From the NCBI GenBank assembly GCA_043824255.1, contig JBDRTG010000047.1:99528-163527 (forward strand): a stretch of 64,000 nt of DNA, in the 5' to 3' direction. Origin of the DNA: a bacterium. Lineage in GTDB: Bacteria; JAHJDO01. The number at the start of each line of letters is the position of its first letter. Within the stretch, counting starts at the first letter, position 1. A model generated the notes under the pieces. It saw only the letters and a list, made by a program, of their open reading frames with translations, was not told the origin of the DNA and did no database searches. Made by a program: the position numbers and the translations under genes. Of this stretch, positions 28,593 through 39,960 are shown in pieces.

Positions 28593-29634
28593 AACCAGAC
28601 CTATTAAAGTTGGAAACATTATAATAGGCGGAGATGCGCTGATATCTGTACAGTCTATGACAAAAACAGATACCAGAGATATTGATGCTACAGTTTCTCA
28701 AATAAGAAGTCTGGAGAAAACAGGCTGCGAAATTATAAGAGTGGCAGTCCCTGATATCAAAGCAGCAAAATGCTTGGGAAAAATAAAAAAACAGATTAAT
28801 ATCCCTCTTGTTGCAGATATACATTTTGACTACAAACTTGCATTGGAAGCAATAAAACAGGGTGTTGATAAATTAAGACTTAATCCGGGAAACATTTCCA
28901 GTCAAAAGCATCTTAGTATGATCATCTCTGCAGCAGCAGAAAAAGGCATACCAATCAGAATAGGTGTAAATGCAGGCTCGGTTAAGAAAAATTCAAAATT
29001 CAAAATTCAAAATTCAAAATTAATGGTAGAAGAGTGTCTTAAGTATCTAAAGATTTTTGAAAAGCATAAATTTCATAATATTATCATATCACTTAAATCT
29101 TCAGACGTACTCTCTACAGTGGAAGCTTACAGGCAAATGGCAAGTAAATGCGATTATCCGTTTCACCTTGGTATTACAGAGGCAGGTCCATTGCCTGAAG
29201 GGCTTATTAAATCCTCTGTTGGCCTGGGCATACTCCTCTCAGAAGGCATTGGAGATACTATCAGAGTCTCACTTACCGCACCTCCTGAAGAAGAAGTAAA
29301 AGCAGGCTTCCGGATATTACAATCACTAAAACTCAGAGAATATGGTCCGGAGATTATCTCCTGTCCGACCTGCGGCAGATGTAAAATTGATGTTATAAAA
29401 ATTGTAACTAAACTAAAAAAACAACTTATCTCTATTAGTTCAACATTGCCACCTATAAAAATTGCTGTCATGGGCTGCGAAGTAAATGGACCGGGTGAAG
29501 CCAAAGAAGCTGATATTGGAATTGCAGGAGGAAAAACCTCAGGAATTCTGTTCTGCAAAGGCAAAATAGTTAAAAGAGTCAAAAAAGAAAAGCTTGTTCA
29601 GGAACTGATAAGTAAAATCAGGAAATTATTGTAA
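28516..29634 (+). CDS. ispG: 4-hydroxy-3-methylbut-2-enyl diphosphate synthase (GcpE)
   Basis: IGGDALISVQSMTKTDTRD is the TIM-barrel N-terminus. CPTCGRC is the C-terminal Fe-S motif. Confidence 0.9.
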   Translation: MQKIKSISSMEKIPHKIINPPLKRRKTRPIKVGNIIIGGDALISVQSMTKTDTRDIDATVSQIRSLEKTGCEIIRVAVPDIKAAKCLGKIKKQINIPLVADIHFDYKLALEAIKQGVDKLRLNPGNISSQKHLSMIISAAAEKGIPIRIGVNAGSVKKNSKFKIQNSKLMVEECLKYLKIFEKHKFHNIIISLKSSDVLSTVEAYRQMASKCDYPFHLGITEAGPLPEGLIKSSVGLGILLSEGIGDTIRVSLTAPPEEEVKAGFRILQSLKLREYGPEIISCPTCGRCKIDVIKIVTKLKKQLISISSTLPPIKIAVMGCEVNGPGEAKEADIGIAGGKTSGILFCKGKIVKRVKKEKLVQELISKIRKLL

Positions 29635-29694
29635 GAGAAGCATCCCCAAAAATCACACATCAAATTATTGCGCAATCAATTCGGAGAATGACGA

Positions 29695-31260
29695 ATGAGG
29701 TCACTTCAGGATTTAGACAATTATCTAAGAAAATTTGCGTTGCATTCCGCTTTAATAGAAATCGGCAAAATTAGCACACATCTTTTTGGTGATAAAAAAG
29801 TTCTTGAAAATTTTCCAATCAAAATAGGGAATACAGAAGAACACGCGACCATTGCTCAGTGGCATCTTGCCTTTTTGGCATATAGGCTTGTTATGGTATC
29901 AAATGATGGAAGAAGTAGCCGACTCAATTCTAAGGAATTATTATCGGCAAACTCGATATTTGCTGAATTCGACGATCCACTTGGTAAAGAAAAAGATATT
30001 GTTGCATTTCTTTGCAGATTATCACAAGAACAATTTTGGTGGCAAGTAAATCGAAAATACAGTTTTGCTCGTAATTATATTTTACTGAAAGAAATCCCCA
30101 GAGATGACACTTTTAAAAATAGAATTAAATTGGATGAAGTTTTTCTTAAGGAATATGGTTTGTCTATTTACGATTACACGGCGATCGGTTGGGCAATAGT
30201 TACCATTTGCCGTAAAAACCCTTTCTTTAAAAAGAACAACTTACTATGTCATAGCATACCAGCCTACAAAGATATACTTACTGAAAATAAATTAGATAAA
30301 TTCCTAGCATTAACCTCAGCAACTTATGCTGACATCAGAGCTACTTCTAGGTCATTAAATACTTTAATTCTTCCACATTACGAAAAATATCAATTCAACC
30401 CTTTATTTAAATATCCTATTGTAGAGTCGGATAGTAGATTTTTAAGGTCGTATTTTCAAGAACCTTACATAGTACCCAATATATTACTGTTTTTAAAAAA
30501 AATTGCAGATGGAGTTTATTGGGATTTAAGAGATATATTTAAGGAAAAAGAGTCTCGAGAATTTCTTAGATTATTTGGGGATATTTTTGAGTGTTATGTG
30601 GGGAAAATACTTGCAAATTATTTTGGCCAATCTAATGTAAAAAAACTACCACAGAATATAGGGGAAAAAATTAAAATTGCGGATTGGGCTGTTATAACTG
30701 ATGATAGTATTACAATTTTTGAATGTAAGAGTCAATTATTGCCTCTTATTATCAGAGAGACCTTTAACGAACATAAATTAAGGGAATGGTTAAATCGAAA
30801 TATCATCTCAGGAATAGAACAGTTGTTTTCGACTGAAGAACAATTGCTCAAAGGAGACTCTCTGGGAATTAAGATAGCTAATAAAAAGATATATAAAATT
30901 TTAATTACATATGAAAATATTTATCTTATTGAATCTCCTATGTTTAAAGATAGGATAAAAAAATATGTGAAAGATAAAGGAATATTTGAACAATATTCAC
31001 ATAATTCTTCAGATTTCTATATTATGCATATATCCGAATTAGAATTTATGCAAAATTTTCTTAAAAAATTTACAATTAAGAATATTTTAGAGGAGAAAAA
31101 GCATATTGATACTAAAAGAGATATAGCATCGGGTCATGACTTTTTTACTGTTTGCCATAACTTAGATTCAAATATTAAACCCAGCAATGATTGGTTGCAT
31201 AATACTTTTAAAAAATATTTTGATAAATTTAATCTTAAAACAGAAGGTAAAAAGAGATAG
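29695..31260 (+). CDS. Hypothetical 521-aa protein with a C-terminal PD-(D/E)xK-like nuclease motif. It is a low-GC orphan.
   Basis: The segment KIADWAVITDDSITIFECKSQ has D...(D/E)xK spacing typical of restriction-endonuclease-fold catalytic cores. GC is visibly lower than in the flanks. No family was recognised for the N-terminal roughly 330 aa. Confidence 0.35.
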   Translation: MRSLQDLDNYLRKFALHSALIEIGKISTHLFGDKKVLENFPIKIGNTEEHATIAQWHLAFLAYRLVMVSNDGRSSRLNSKELLSANSIFAEFDDPLGKEKDIVAFLCRLSQEQFWWQVNRKYSFARNYILLKEIPRDDTFKNRIKLDEVFLKEYGLSIYDYTAIGWAIVTICRKNPFFKKNNLLCHSIPAYKDILTENKLDKFLALTSATYADIRATSRSLNTLILPHYEKYQFNPLFKYPIVESDSRFLRSYFQEPYIVPNILLFLKKIADGVYWDLRDIFKEKESREFLRLFGDIFECYVGKILANYFGQSNVKKLPQNIGEKIKIADWAVITDDSITIFECKSQLLPLIIRETFNEHKLREWLNRNIISGIEQLFSTEEQLLKGDSLGIKIANKKIYKILITYENIYLIESPMFKDRIKKYVKDKGIFEQYSHNSSDFYIMHISELEFMQNFLKKFTIKNILEEKKHIDTKRDIASGHDFFTVCHNLDSNIKPSNDWLHNTFKKYFDKFNLKTEGKKR

Positions 31261-31310
31261 CGACCTTTTCTTAAAAATCATGCTCTCACCAAATCTACAA
31301 TAACCACCAG

Positions 31311-32603
31311 CTAAAGCAGGCGGTTGCGACGGAGGGGACACAAAACTGATATAAGGGCTAAAAATCGCGAAAAAGAATCGGGTAAAAGCAAAACTATATA
31401 AATTGTTGCTATAATAGTTAATCCACCGAGAAACCCAAATGCTCCGGCAGGAGATAATCCAATCACTTCAAGAATTAACCACAACATTCCTGAAGCTGCT
31501 AAAATACCCGTGAAGGACAGGAAATTAGTTGTAGCCAGAAACTTACCTCTTGAATCTTTCGGGCTGTTTTCCTGAATATACGCATTGAGCGGAATAACAA
31601 AAAAACCGCTGGAGATACCAAGAAAAATAAGACAAATAACTGTGAATGGAATAGATGTATATGAAAATGCAAGAAGTATTGAAAAAATGCTTAATCCAAC
31701 TGAACCCAATGGTACAAATCCAAACTCAATCCTTCCTCTTGAGAGCTTTCCAGCAAGAAAACTGCCTATGCCCACGCCAAGAGCAACTACAGTGAGCAAT
31801 AATCCTGTTGCAAGCTGTGAAACATGCATCATCTTACTGGTATATAAGAGGATATTTAATTGAAATAAAGCTCCTAGAAACCAGAAATAGACTATGCCTG
31901 TCATAGAAAGATACATCGGGCGTTTTTCCTTTACAATCTTTATTGTGGACCAGATATCGCTAAGAAAATTTATTTGGAATTTTCGTTTTGAGCCAGATGG
32001 AAGAACCTTATGAATGTAAAAACTTGTTATTATTCCCAGTAATGAGATTATAATGAATGCAATTGACCCAAGATATGCTTTTCCTTTAACTGCTGTCATC
32101 AAAAATCCTCCGAATGCCATGCCGAGAATTATTGCCAGAAATGTCCACATCTGCATAAGCCCATTCCCTTCGGAGATTTCCTCCTCAGTAAGAACTTCCG
32201 GAAGAATTCCATATTTTGCAGGGCCGAAGAAAGCACTCTGTGTTCCCATCAGGAAAAGTACTGCATAAATAAAAGTAAAGTTTCCTGAGAACAGCGCAAT
32301 CATGCCCAGAGCCATAATGGCAAGCTCTGCAAATTTGGCATAAATCATAATGGTTCGTTTACTAACCCGGTCAGCAAAAAAGCCGGCATAGGAAGAGAAA
32401 AGCAGAAACGGCAGGATGAAAAATGCACTTGCTGCGCTTAGATACTCAGCTCCTGCAGCGCTCTTTATCATATGCTCTACTGCAATAAAGGATATTATCA
32501 GCTTAAATGCATTATCATTAAATGCACCCAGAAATTGTGTTGCAAGAAGAGCCCTAAATCCCCTGCTTTTCAGGTTATTATTCATAATTATAGAAAGTCT
32601 CAT
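31311..32603 (-). CDS. MFS transporter, lysophospholipid transporter LplT-like
   Basis: It has 12 TM segments. It is immediately downstream of an acyl-activating enzyme, so the pairing resembles lplT/aas. Confidence 0.6.
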   Translation of the reverse strand: MRLSIIMNNNLKSRGFRALLATQFLGAFNDNAFKLIISFIAVEHMIKSAAGAEYLSAASAFFILPFLLFSSYAGFFADRVSKRTIMIYAKFAELAIMALGMIALFSGNFTFIYAVLFLMGTQSAFFGPAKYGILPEVLTEEEISEGNGLMQMWTFLAIILGMAFGGFLMTAVKGKAYLGSIAFIIISLLGIITSFYIHKVLPSGSKRKFQINFLSDIWSTIKIVKEKRPMYLSMTGIVYFWFLGALFQLNILLYTSKMMHVSQLATGLLLTVVALGVGIGSFLAGKLSRGRIEFGFVPLGSVGLSIFSILLAFSYTSIPFTVICLIFLGISSGFFVIPLNAYIQENSPKDSRGKFLATTNFLSFTGILAASGMLWLILEVIGLSPAGAFGFLGGLTIIATIYIVLLLPDSFSRFLALISVLCPLRRNRLL

Positions 32604-32617
32604 TTTGATGGAGAAAC

Positions 32618-34354
32618 TTAAACTTTATCGCTTCTTGATACTATTTTTTCTACTTCTTTCCGCTTTATCTTCTGTGTTGATGTTTTGGGGAGTTCTTTTT
32701 CTGAGATCAGGAAATTTGTGATTTTTTTGTATGGAGCAAGGAGTTTGCAATGTTTGTTTATCTCTTCTCTAATAAAAGACTGAATATCTTCCTTTAATGC
32801 TAACCCATCCTTCTTAATTCTTTCAAGATTTGGAACTACAATTGCAAATACCTCTTCAGTTCCCGCCTTTATACCACTGGCAACTTTTTTCCCTAATACA
32901 CATATTTCCTCTATATAAGGACTCTTTGAGAGAACTTCCTCAACTTCTTCAGGGTGGATTTTCTTCCCTCCATCAGTAATAATTATATTCTTAAGCCGAC
33001 CAGTTATATAAAGATAGCCATCTTCATCAGTATATCCTATATCTCCTGTATGGAACCAGCCATTAGAGAAAGCCTTATCTGTTGCCTGTGGATTTTTATA
33101 ATATCCATTCATAACCTGTGGACCTCTTATTAAAATTTCGCCTGTTTTGTCTTCAGGATTCTGAGAAGCAATCTTTATCTCCGTCCCCGGCAAAGGCTTT
33201 CCTACAGAACCTATGCGATTATGTTTGAATGTATTTACTGTTACAACAGGAGAGGTCTCTGTAAGTCCATAACCTTCCAGCACTGTAATACCCATTAAAT
33301 TCAAATTACGGGTAATTTCAGCATCAAGTGGTGCGCCCCCTGATATAAAACACCTTAACTCCCCTCCAAACTCCTTATGAACTTTTTTAAAAAGAATTTT
33401 ACCGGGATTAATACCAAGTTTACCAAATCTAGAAGAAATATTCAGACTCATATTAAACAGCTTTCTTGTATAATTGGAGCTTGTGTTTAATTTTGATAAT
33501 ATTGAATGATATAAAAATTTGATAAATTTTGGGACTGCAAGTATTATTGTCGGCTGTGTTTTTCGCATCACAGCGGAAATAGAAGAAAGTTTTATCCCTT
33601 TTGACATATATGTAATTCTTGCGCCTTTTGAAAGAGGAGTAATAAATCCCCCCGTTATTTCAAACATATGATTAAGAGGAAGTATTGATAAGAATCTATC
33701 CTTTTCTGAGAAACTGATTACCTTGCTAATTGCATCTATCTGATGAAGAATGTTATTGTATGTCAGCTTAACACCCTTTGGATCCCCTGTTGTGCCCGAA
33801 GTATAGACAATTGAGATTAAATCCTCATTATCAATGTCCCTATGGTATGGTTCATTTTTTCTCCACCTGAGCTCTCCAAAAGACAGAAGGTTTTCATCTG
33901 TCTTTTCATATTCAAGCGATATAAGAAAAATGTCCTTGCCAAAACCTGATATTATGCTTTTTATTTTTTCTATATACTTGCCTGAGACTATAATAGCTCT
34001 GGCTTCAGAATGAGCAAGTATAAAACTTATTTCTTTTTCTTCTAACTTTATATCCAGAGGAACAACAACAGCTCCTGCAGCCACTATTCCAAAAAATGCA
34101 ATCCCCCATTCAGGTCTGCTTTCAGAAAATATACAGACTCTATCTCCTTTTTCTATGCCATTCTTCATCAGTGTTGCTGAAATATCTCTGGTTCTATCAG
34201 TAAGTTCACAGTAGGTTACCATTCTCATTCTGCCATCTTTTTCGAAAATCTCCAGAGCAACTTTGTCTGAATACAGATCATTAGCCTTCTGTAAAATCTG
34301 AAGCACTGATAATTTATTAAAGTATTTTCCCTGCATATTGATAACCTCTTTCAA
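32618..34354 (-). CDS. AMP-dependent synthetase/ligase (acyl-CoA or acyl-ACP synthetase, Aas-like)
   Basis: YTSGTTGDPKGV is the AMP-binding motif. GYGLTE is also present. Confidence 0.8.
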   Translation of the reverse strand: MKEVINMQGKYFNKLSVLQILQKANDLYSDKVALEIFEKDGRMRMVTYCELTDRTRDISATLMKNGIEKGDRVCIFSESRPEWGIAFFGIVAAGAVVVPLDIKLEEKEISFILAHSEARAIIVSGKYIEKIKSIISGFGKDIFLISLEYEKTDENLLSFGELRWRKNEPYHRDIDNEDLISIVYTSGTTGDPKGVKLTYNNILHQIDAISKVISFSEKDRFLSILPLNHMFEITGGFITPLSKGARITYMSKGIKLSSISAVMRKTQPTIILAVPKFIKFLYHSILSKLNTSSNYTRKLFNMSLNISSRFGKLGINPGKILFKKVHKEFGGELRCFISGGAPLDAEITRNLNLMGITVLEGYGLTETSPVVTVNTFKHNRIGSVGKPLPGTEIKIASQNPEDKTGEILIRGPQVMNGYYKNPQATDKAFSNGWFHTGDIGYTDEDGYLYITGRLKNIIITDGGKKIHPEEVEEVLSKSPYIEEICVLGKKVASGIKAGTEEVFAIVVPNLERIKKDGLALKEDIQSFIREEINKHCKLLAPYKKITNFLISEKELPKTSTQKIKRKEVEKIVSRSDKV

Positions 34355-34461
34355 TTTTTAATTATACCATAAATGGTTCAAAGTTTTGTGTAAATTCATT
34401 CTACTTTACAACCCAGCATAGATAAATTATAATCCATAGCAGTAAAAAGGTATAAAATATT

Positions 34462-36177
34462 ATGCAATGGACTGAGTCTCTTATAAATACTCTGTGGCAG
34501 GTACCATCTGAGGCAGAAATTTCGTCTCATAAATTAATGCTTCGTGCCGGGCTTATCAAAAAGCTCGCTGCAGGCATATACATCTTTATGCCTCTAGGAC
34601 TTAAAGTATTACGCAAAATAGAAAATATCGTTCGAGAAGAAATGGACACCTCTGGAGCTTTAGAACTTTTGATGCCAACTCTTCAACCTGAGCAACTATG
34701 GCAGGAAAGTGGAAGATGGAATAAGATGGGTAAGGAGATGATGAAGGTTCAAGACCGCCACAAGAGACAATTTGGTCTTGGCCCAACACATGAAGAGATT
34801 GTAACAGATATTATTCGCAAAGAAGTTAAATCATACAGACAGCTACCTGTCACACTCTATCAGATTCAAACAAAGTTCAGAGATGAAATAAGACCGCGAT
34901 TTGGAGTTATCAGAGCCAGAGAATTTACTATGAAAGATGCATATAGCTTTGATAGAGATATTGAGGGATTAAATAAAAACTATAAGAAAATGTATGATGT
35001 TTATTGCAAAATATTTGACAGATGCGCATTGAAATATCAAATTGTTGAAGCGGAATCTGGCATTATGGGAGGGGATGTGTCTCATGAATTTATGGCTTTA
35101 GCTGATTCAGGAGAAGATACAATTGTTCTATGTCCGTCCTGTGGATATAGTGCAAGTATGGAAAAAGCAGAAGCTGTAAATATAAAGCAGAAGATAGTAG
35201 ACAAACAAAAGGAGAAGCCAATAAAAGAAATTGATACACCAGAAGTCAAGACAATAAAGCAATTAACTGAACTTCTAAAGATTAGCCCAAAGAACCTGGT
35301 AAAAACTTTAATATACAAAACTAATAACCAACTTATAGCTGTGCTTATTCGCGGAGATCATGAAGTAAATATAACAAAATTGCTTAAGCTTATTAAATGC
35401 GAAGAACTTGAACTTGCAGATTCTGATATTGTTGAGAGAATAACAGGCGCTCCTGTTGGTTTTACGGGACCAGTTGGGATGAAGGGAAAGATTAAAATTG
35501 TAGCAGATAATGAGGTTTTGAATATGAGAAACTTTATTACAGGAGCAAATAAAAAGGATACACACCTGTTGAATGTGAATATTGGACGAGACTTTAAGAT
35601 TGATATATCAGGAGATATCAGGTTTATTACAGAAAGTGACCAATGCCCAAAATGTAGTGGTCATATAAAAATCAAAAAAGGAATAGAACTCGGGCATATA
35701 TTTAAACTTGGAACTAAATACAGCAAATCTATGGGAGCAGGATTTCTCGATAAACACGGTAAGGAAAAGACAATTCTAATGGGTTGTTATGGAATTGGAA
35801 TATCCAGAATTATTGCAGCAGTTATAGAACAAAATAACGATGAAAATGGAATAATATGGCCAAAATCAATAGCTCCACATCAAGTAGAAATTTTGCCTTT
35901 AAATGTTAATGACAAGGAGACAATGCAGATAGCAAAAAATTTATATAAAAAATTTCTATCAGAGAAAATAGAAGCTATTATTGATGATAGGGATGAACGG
36001 CCAGGAATAAAATTCAAGGATGCAGATTTAATCGGGATACCAATCAGAATTACAATTAGTCCCCAAAAAGCAAAAGACAATATTGTGGAAATCCATAAAA
36101 GAGATACAGGTGAAAATAAACTGGTGAATATAGATGATCTGTTAGAGAATTTGACAAACGTCCAAAGTCTTGTATAA
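34462..36177 (+). CDS. proS: Prolyl-tRNA synthetase, the bacterial type with an editing insertion
   Basis: It is 571 aa with class II motifs. The N-terminus is TLWQVPSEAEISSHKLMLRAG. Confidence 0.9.
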   Translation: MQWTESLINTLWQVPSEAEISSHKLMLRAGLIKKLAAGIYIFMPLGLKVLRKIENIVREEMDTSGALELLMPTLQPEQLWQESGRWNKMGKEMMKVQDRHKRQFGLGPTHEEIVTDIIRKEVKSYRQLPVTLYQIQTKFRDEIRPRFGVIRAREFTMKDAYSFDRDIEGLNKNYKKMYDVYCKIFDRCALKYQIVEAESGIMGGDVSHEFMALADSGEDTIVLCPSCGYSASMEKAEAVNIKQKIVDKQKEKPIKEIDTPEVKTIKQLTELLKISPKNLVKTLIYKTNNQLIAVLIRGDHEVNITKLLKLIKCEELELADSDIVERITGAPVGFTGPVGMKGKIKIVADNEVLNMRNFITGANKKDTHLLNVNIGRDFKIDISGDIRFITESDQCPKCSGHIKIKKGIELGHIFKLGTKYSKSMGAGFLDKHGKEKTILMGCYGIGISRIIAAVIEQNNDENGIIWPKSIAPHQVEILPLNVNDKETMQIAKNLYKKFLSEKIEAIIDDRDERPGIKFKDADLIGIPIRITISPQKAKDNIVEIHKRDTGENKLVNIDDLLENLTNVQSLV

Positions 36178-36208
36178 TTAAAAAGGGTAAAAGAGGAGTA
36201 ATTTCAGT

Positions 36209-36604
36209 ATGCCTAATCCAAAAATGCAAATTAAAAAATCGCGAGGGGATGTTAGATTTCGTATAGCTTTACCTGTAGAATATGAAAAAGAATACACTAT
36301 TGCGAAAGAAAAAATAGTTAAGAAAACTATTGCACGAGATCTTAGTGGAGGAGGCATACAATTTGAAACAGACGAAGATATTCCAAAAGGTATAAAACTT
36401 TCACTTAAAATAAAAATGCCAAAATTAGGAAAATTCTTTACAGTCAATGCAGAAGTAACCTACTCCAAAAAAATCAGCAGTGGTGTATATGATATAGGAG
36501 CAAAATTCCTGAATATATCTCAAGAAGCTAAAGAGGCTATAAACATGTTCTATTACATTAATAGATTAGAACGAAAAGGGCCTATGGCTACCTATCAGAA
36601 ATAG
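36209..36604 (+). CDS. Stand-alone PilZ-domain protein, a c-di-GMP receptor
   Basis: RGDVR (RxxxR) and DLSGGG (DxSxxG) occur at canonical spacing. Confidence 0.7.
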   Translation: MPNPKMQIKKSRGDVRFRIALPVEYEKEYTIAKEKIVKKTIARDLSGGGIQFETDEDIPKGIKLSLKIKMPKLGKFFTVNAEVTYSKKISSGVYDIGAKFLNISQEAKEAINMFYYINRLERKGPMATYQK

Positions 36605-37270
36605 CTACGTTTTCTCATATTCTACTTTAATCTTCTTCATATCCTGCCAGACAAGTTTTTTTTCATTTGGATTGTATAACAAGTAAGCAGGATGAAACGT
36701 AGGAATTAATTTTGCATCCATATATTCAAAGAATCTCCCTCTAAGCTGAGAGATAGGCTGTTGGCTATTGAGAAGAGTTTGCGCAGCAAACTTACCTAAA
36801 GCACAAATAATCTTTGGCTTTATTATGCTTATCTGTTTAGATAAATATCCTTGACACATAGCGATTTCATAAGGCTCAGGATTCCTATTCCCCGGAGGCC
36901 TGCACTTAAGAATATTAGCTATATAAACGTCTGTTCTTTTAAGCCCTATTGAATTTATTATTTTTGTTAAAAGCTGTCCTGCTTTACCAACAAATGGTTC
37001 ACCCTGTAAATCCTCGTCTCTTCCAGGTGCCTCTCCCACAAACATAAGCTTTGCATGCTCATCTCCAGCGCCAAAAACCAGATGAGTTCTTGTTTTTGCA
37101 AGTGGACACTTCTGACAGCCCTTTATTTTCTCTTTTAAGTTTAAGAGACCTCCTGCACACTCACCCTGCGTAGGATTCTCAACTTCTATGCCCTGTTCGC
37201 ATAGATACTGTTTTGTGAGCCTCACAACATCCAACAGTTCTTCTTGTAGAGACTGTTTATCAATACTCAT
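36605..37270 (-). CDS. Uracil-DNA glycosylase, family 4
   Basis: [23 protein letters not shown] and FHPAYLL are present. Confidence 0.85.
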   Translation of the reverse strand: MSIDKQSLQEELLDVVRLTKQYLCEQGIEVENPTQGECAGGLLNLKEKIKGCQKCPLAKTRTHLVFGAGDEHAKLMFVGEAPGRDEDLQGEPFVGKAGQLLTKIINSIGLKRTDVYIANILKCRPPGNRNPEPYEIAMCQGYLSKQISIIKPKIICALGKFAAQTLLNSQQPISQLRGRFFEYMDAKLIPTFHPAYLLYNPNEKKLVWQDMKKIKVEYEKT

Positions 37271-37273
37271 AAA

Positions 37274-39931
37274 TTATACATTTACCCCACAGCATTTTTT
37301 ATATTTCTTTCCACTTCCACATGGACAGGGCTCATTACGCCCTATCTTTTTACCTTCTCTCTTGTATGGTTCCCTTGGAGCTTCTCCCTCAGGTTGATTT
37401 GTATGCATCTCCTGCTGCTGGGGGGGGGTGAGATGTCTCATATCCTTTGCATCTTCATGGCTAAGATGTTGAGACGAAGCATCAAAAACTTCTTTCATAT
37501 GAATTGTTTCATCTCCAACCTGAACCTTTAAAACATACTCAACGATTTCCTCTTCTATGCTCTCAATCATCTCGTAGAACATATTAAATCCTTCCCTCTT
37601 ATATTCGACAAGGGGATCCTTCTGTCCGTAAGCCTGATAACCTATGCCTTCTCTAAGAGTGTCCATAGCATAGAGGAGATCCTTCCACTTTGTATCTATT
37701 ACATGCAGCATTATTGCCTGCTCAGCCTGAGGTATAATTGCATTTCTCTTAGCTTTATAAGCCGCCTTAATCCTGCTAACCAAAGATTTTTTTAAATCCG
37801 GATATTCTATCTTAACAGGATCTACTTCATCCCTATTAAAAGAAAGCCCTGTACTCTGTCTAAGCCAAGCTGAAAGCCCGTCCAAATCCCATTCTTCAGG
37901 ATGAATGTTTCCCGGGGTATAAATAGAAAGTCTTTTCTCTACAATTTCATTTATCATATCGGATACATAATCTTCTAACTTTTTACCTTCCAGCACCATA
38001 TCTCTTTGTTGGTAAATTACCTCTCTTTGTTTATTCATTACATCGTCATACTTGAGCAGGTCTTTACGTATGTCAAAATTGCGGCCTTCAACTCTCTTTT
38101 GAGCATTCTCTATTGCTTTTGTTACCATTCTATGTTCTATTGGCTGCCCATCAGGCATGCCCATTCTTTCCATAAGCCCCTTAATTCTGTCGGAACCGAA
38201 AATTCGCATAAGATCATCATCAAAAGACAGATAAAACCTTGAAGAGCCTGGATCTCCCTGTCTGCCTGCCCGTCCCCGAAGCTGATTATCTATACGCCTT
38301 GACTCATGGCGCTCTGTGCCTAATATATGCAATCCTCCGCGATCCGCTATGCCATCTCCCAAAACAATATCAGTTCCCCTGCCAGCCATGTTCGTTGCTA
38401 TTGTCACAGATTTTTCCTGACCTGCTCTCTCTATTATCTTTGCCTCCTGTTCATGATATTTGGCATTTAAAACCTCATGAGAAATCCCTTCTTTCTTAAG
38501 CATTTGATCTAAAACTTCTGACTTTTCTATGGATATTGTACCTACAAGTACAGGTCTTCCAAGCTTATAAAGCTCTTTAATCTCCTGTATTATGGCCTTG
38601 AATTTTTCCTTCTCTGTTTTATAAATCACATCCGGATAATTAGTTCTCTTAAGGACTTTGTTTGGTGGTATTACAACTACCTCTAAATTATATATCTTGT
38701 GGAATTCCACAGCCTCAGTCTCTGCCGTTCCGGTCATTCCAGCCAGCTTCTTATACATTCTGAAATAATTTTGGAATGTTACTGTTGCAAGTGTTTGGCT
38801 TTCCTGTTCTATCTTCACTCTCTCTTTTGCCTCAAGCGCCTGATGCAAGCCGTCCGAATAACGCCTTCCGGGCATAATTCTGCCAGTGAACTCATCTACA
38901 ATAATCACCTGACCATCTTTCACCATATAGTCCTTATCCCGCTGGAAATTGCAATGCGCTTTAAGCATTTGTTCGGCATGATGTTTATATTCCATGGTCT
39001 CAAGAGTGTGAAGGTCTTCTAAACCCAGTAGTTTGGCTACTTTCATTTCCCCTTCTTCAGTAAGATATGTAGTATGAGCTTTTTCATCCTTTACATAGTC
39101 TCCTGTTTCCTGCTTGGTTTCCTCATTGCGTATTCCTTCTTTAAGCCGGAGGAAAATTTGTTCCAGTTTATAATATTTATCCGTAGATTCCTCAGCTGGT
39201 CCGGAGATAATTAATGGGGTGCGAGCCTCATCTATTAAAATGCTGTCTACTTCATCAACAACAGCATAATTAAGTCCCCTTTGAACTTTATCCTCTTTTC
39301 TTACAACCATATTATCTCTTAAATAATCAAACCCAAATTCATTATTTGTTCCGTAAGTAACGTCAGCTCCATAAGCAACTTGCCTCTCTGGAGGATTCAT
39401 ATCATGCTGAATGAAACCCACAGACAATCCCAGAAACTTATATACCTCTCCCATCCAGGCTGCATCTCTTTTTGCCAGAAAGTCATTCACCGTTACTATA
39501 TGAACTCCTTTCCCAGAAAGCGCATTTAAATATGCAGACAGTGTTGCAACAAGCGTCTTTCCCTCCCCTGTTGCCATCTCCGCAATCTTACCCCCGTGAA
39601 GTACTACCCCTCCTATAAGCTGCACATCAAAGTGCGGTCCAAACCTTCGCTGGTTTGGGTCTCCAAAAAGTTTCTCTGCAATCTCCGGGTTGGAAAAGAC
39701 GCGTTTTGCCGACTCTTTTGCTACTGCAAATGCTTCCGGAAGAATATCGTCTTCAGTTTCACCCTTTTCCAGGCGGCTCCTGAACTCATCAGTTTTAGCA
39801 CGTAGCTCGGAATCAGATAGATTCTGATATTCCTCCCAGAACTGGTTTATAGCACCTGCATACTTCCACAGCCTTTTAAGCTCACGGTCATTCTTAGTGC
39901 CAAAAATCTTACGAAGAACATAGCTGAACAT
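37274..39931 (-). CDS. secA: Preprotein translocase ATPase SecA
   Basis: It is 885 aa with DEAD-like motor motifs. The C-terminal zinc finger is [14 protein letters not shown]. Confidence 0.95.
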   Translation of the reverse strand: MFSYVLRKIFGTKNDRELKRLWKYAGAINQFWEEYQNLSDSELRAKTDEFRSRLEKGETEDDILPEAFAVAKESAKRVFSNPEIAEKLFGDPNQRRFGPHFDVQLIGGVVLHGGKIAEMATGEGKTLVATLSAYLNALSGKGVHIVTVNDFLAKRDAAWMGEVYKFLGLSVGFIQHDMNPPERQVAYGADVTYGTNNEFGFDYLRDNMVVRKEDKVQRGLNYAVVDEVDSILIDEARTPLIISGPAEESTDKYYKLEQIFLRLKEGIRNEETKQETGDYVKDEKAHTTYLTEEGEMKVAKLLGLEDLHTLETMEYKHHAEQMLKAHCNFQRDKDYMVKDGQVIIVDEFTGRIMPGRRYSDGLHQALEAKERVKIEQESQTLATVTFQNYFRMYKKLAGMTGTAETEAVEFHKIYNLEVVVIPPNKVLKRTNYPDVIYKTEKEKFKAIIQEIKELYKLGRPVLVGTISIEKSEVLDQMLKKEGISHEVLNAKYHEQEAKIIERAGQEKSVTIATNMAGRGTDIVLGDGIADRGGLHILGTERHESRRIDNQLRGRAGRQGDPGSSRFYLSFDDDLMRIFGSDRIKGLMERMGMPDGQPIEHRMVTKAIENAQKRVEGRNFDIRKDLLKYDDVMNKQREVIYQQRDMVLEGKKLEDYVSDMINEIVEKRLSIYTPGNIHPEEWDLDGLSAWLRQSTGLSFNRDEVDPVKIEYPDLKKSLVSRIKAAYKAKRNAIIPQAEQAIMLHVIDTKWKDLLYAMDTLREGIGYQAYGQKDPLVEYKREGFNMFYEMIESIEEEIVEYVLKVQVGDETIHMKEVFDASSQHLSHEDAKDMRHLTPPQQQEMHTNQPEGEAPREPYKREGKKIGRNEPCPCGSGKKYKKCCGVNV

Positions 39932-39960
39932 TTTATTCCTGTGTTAACACTTTGTTAGTT

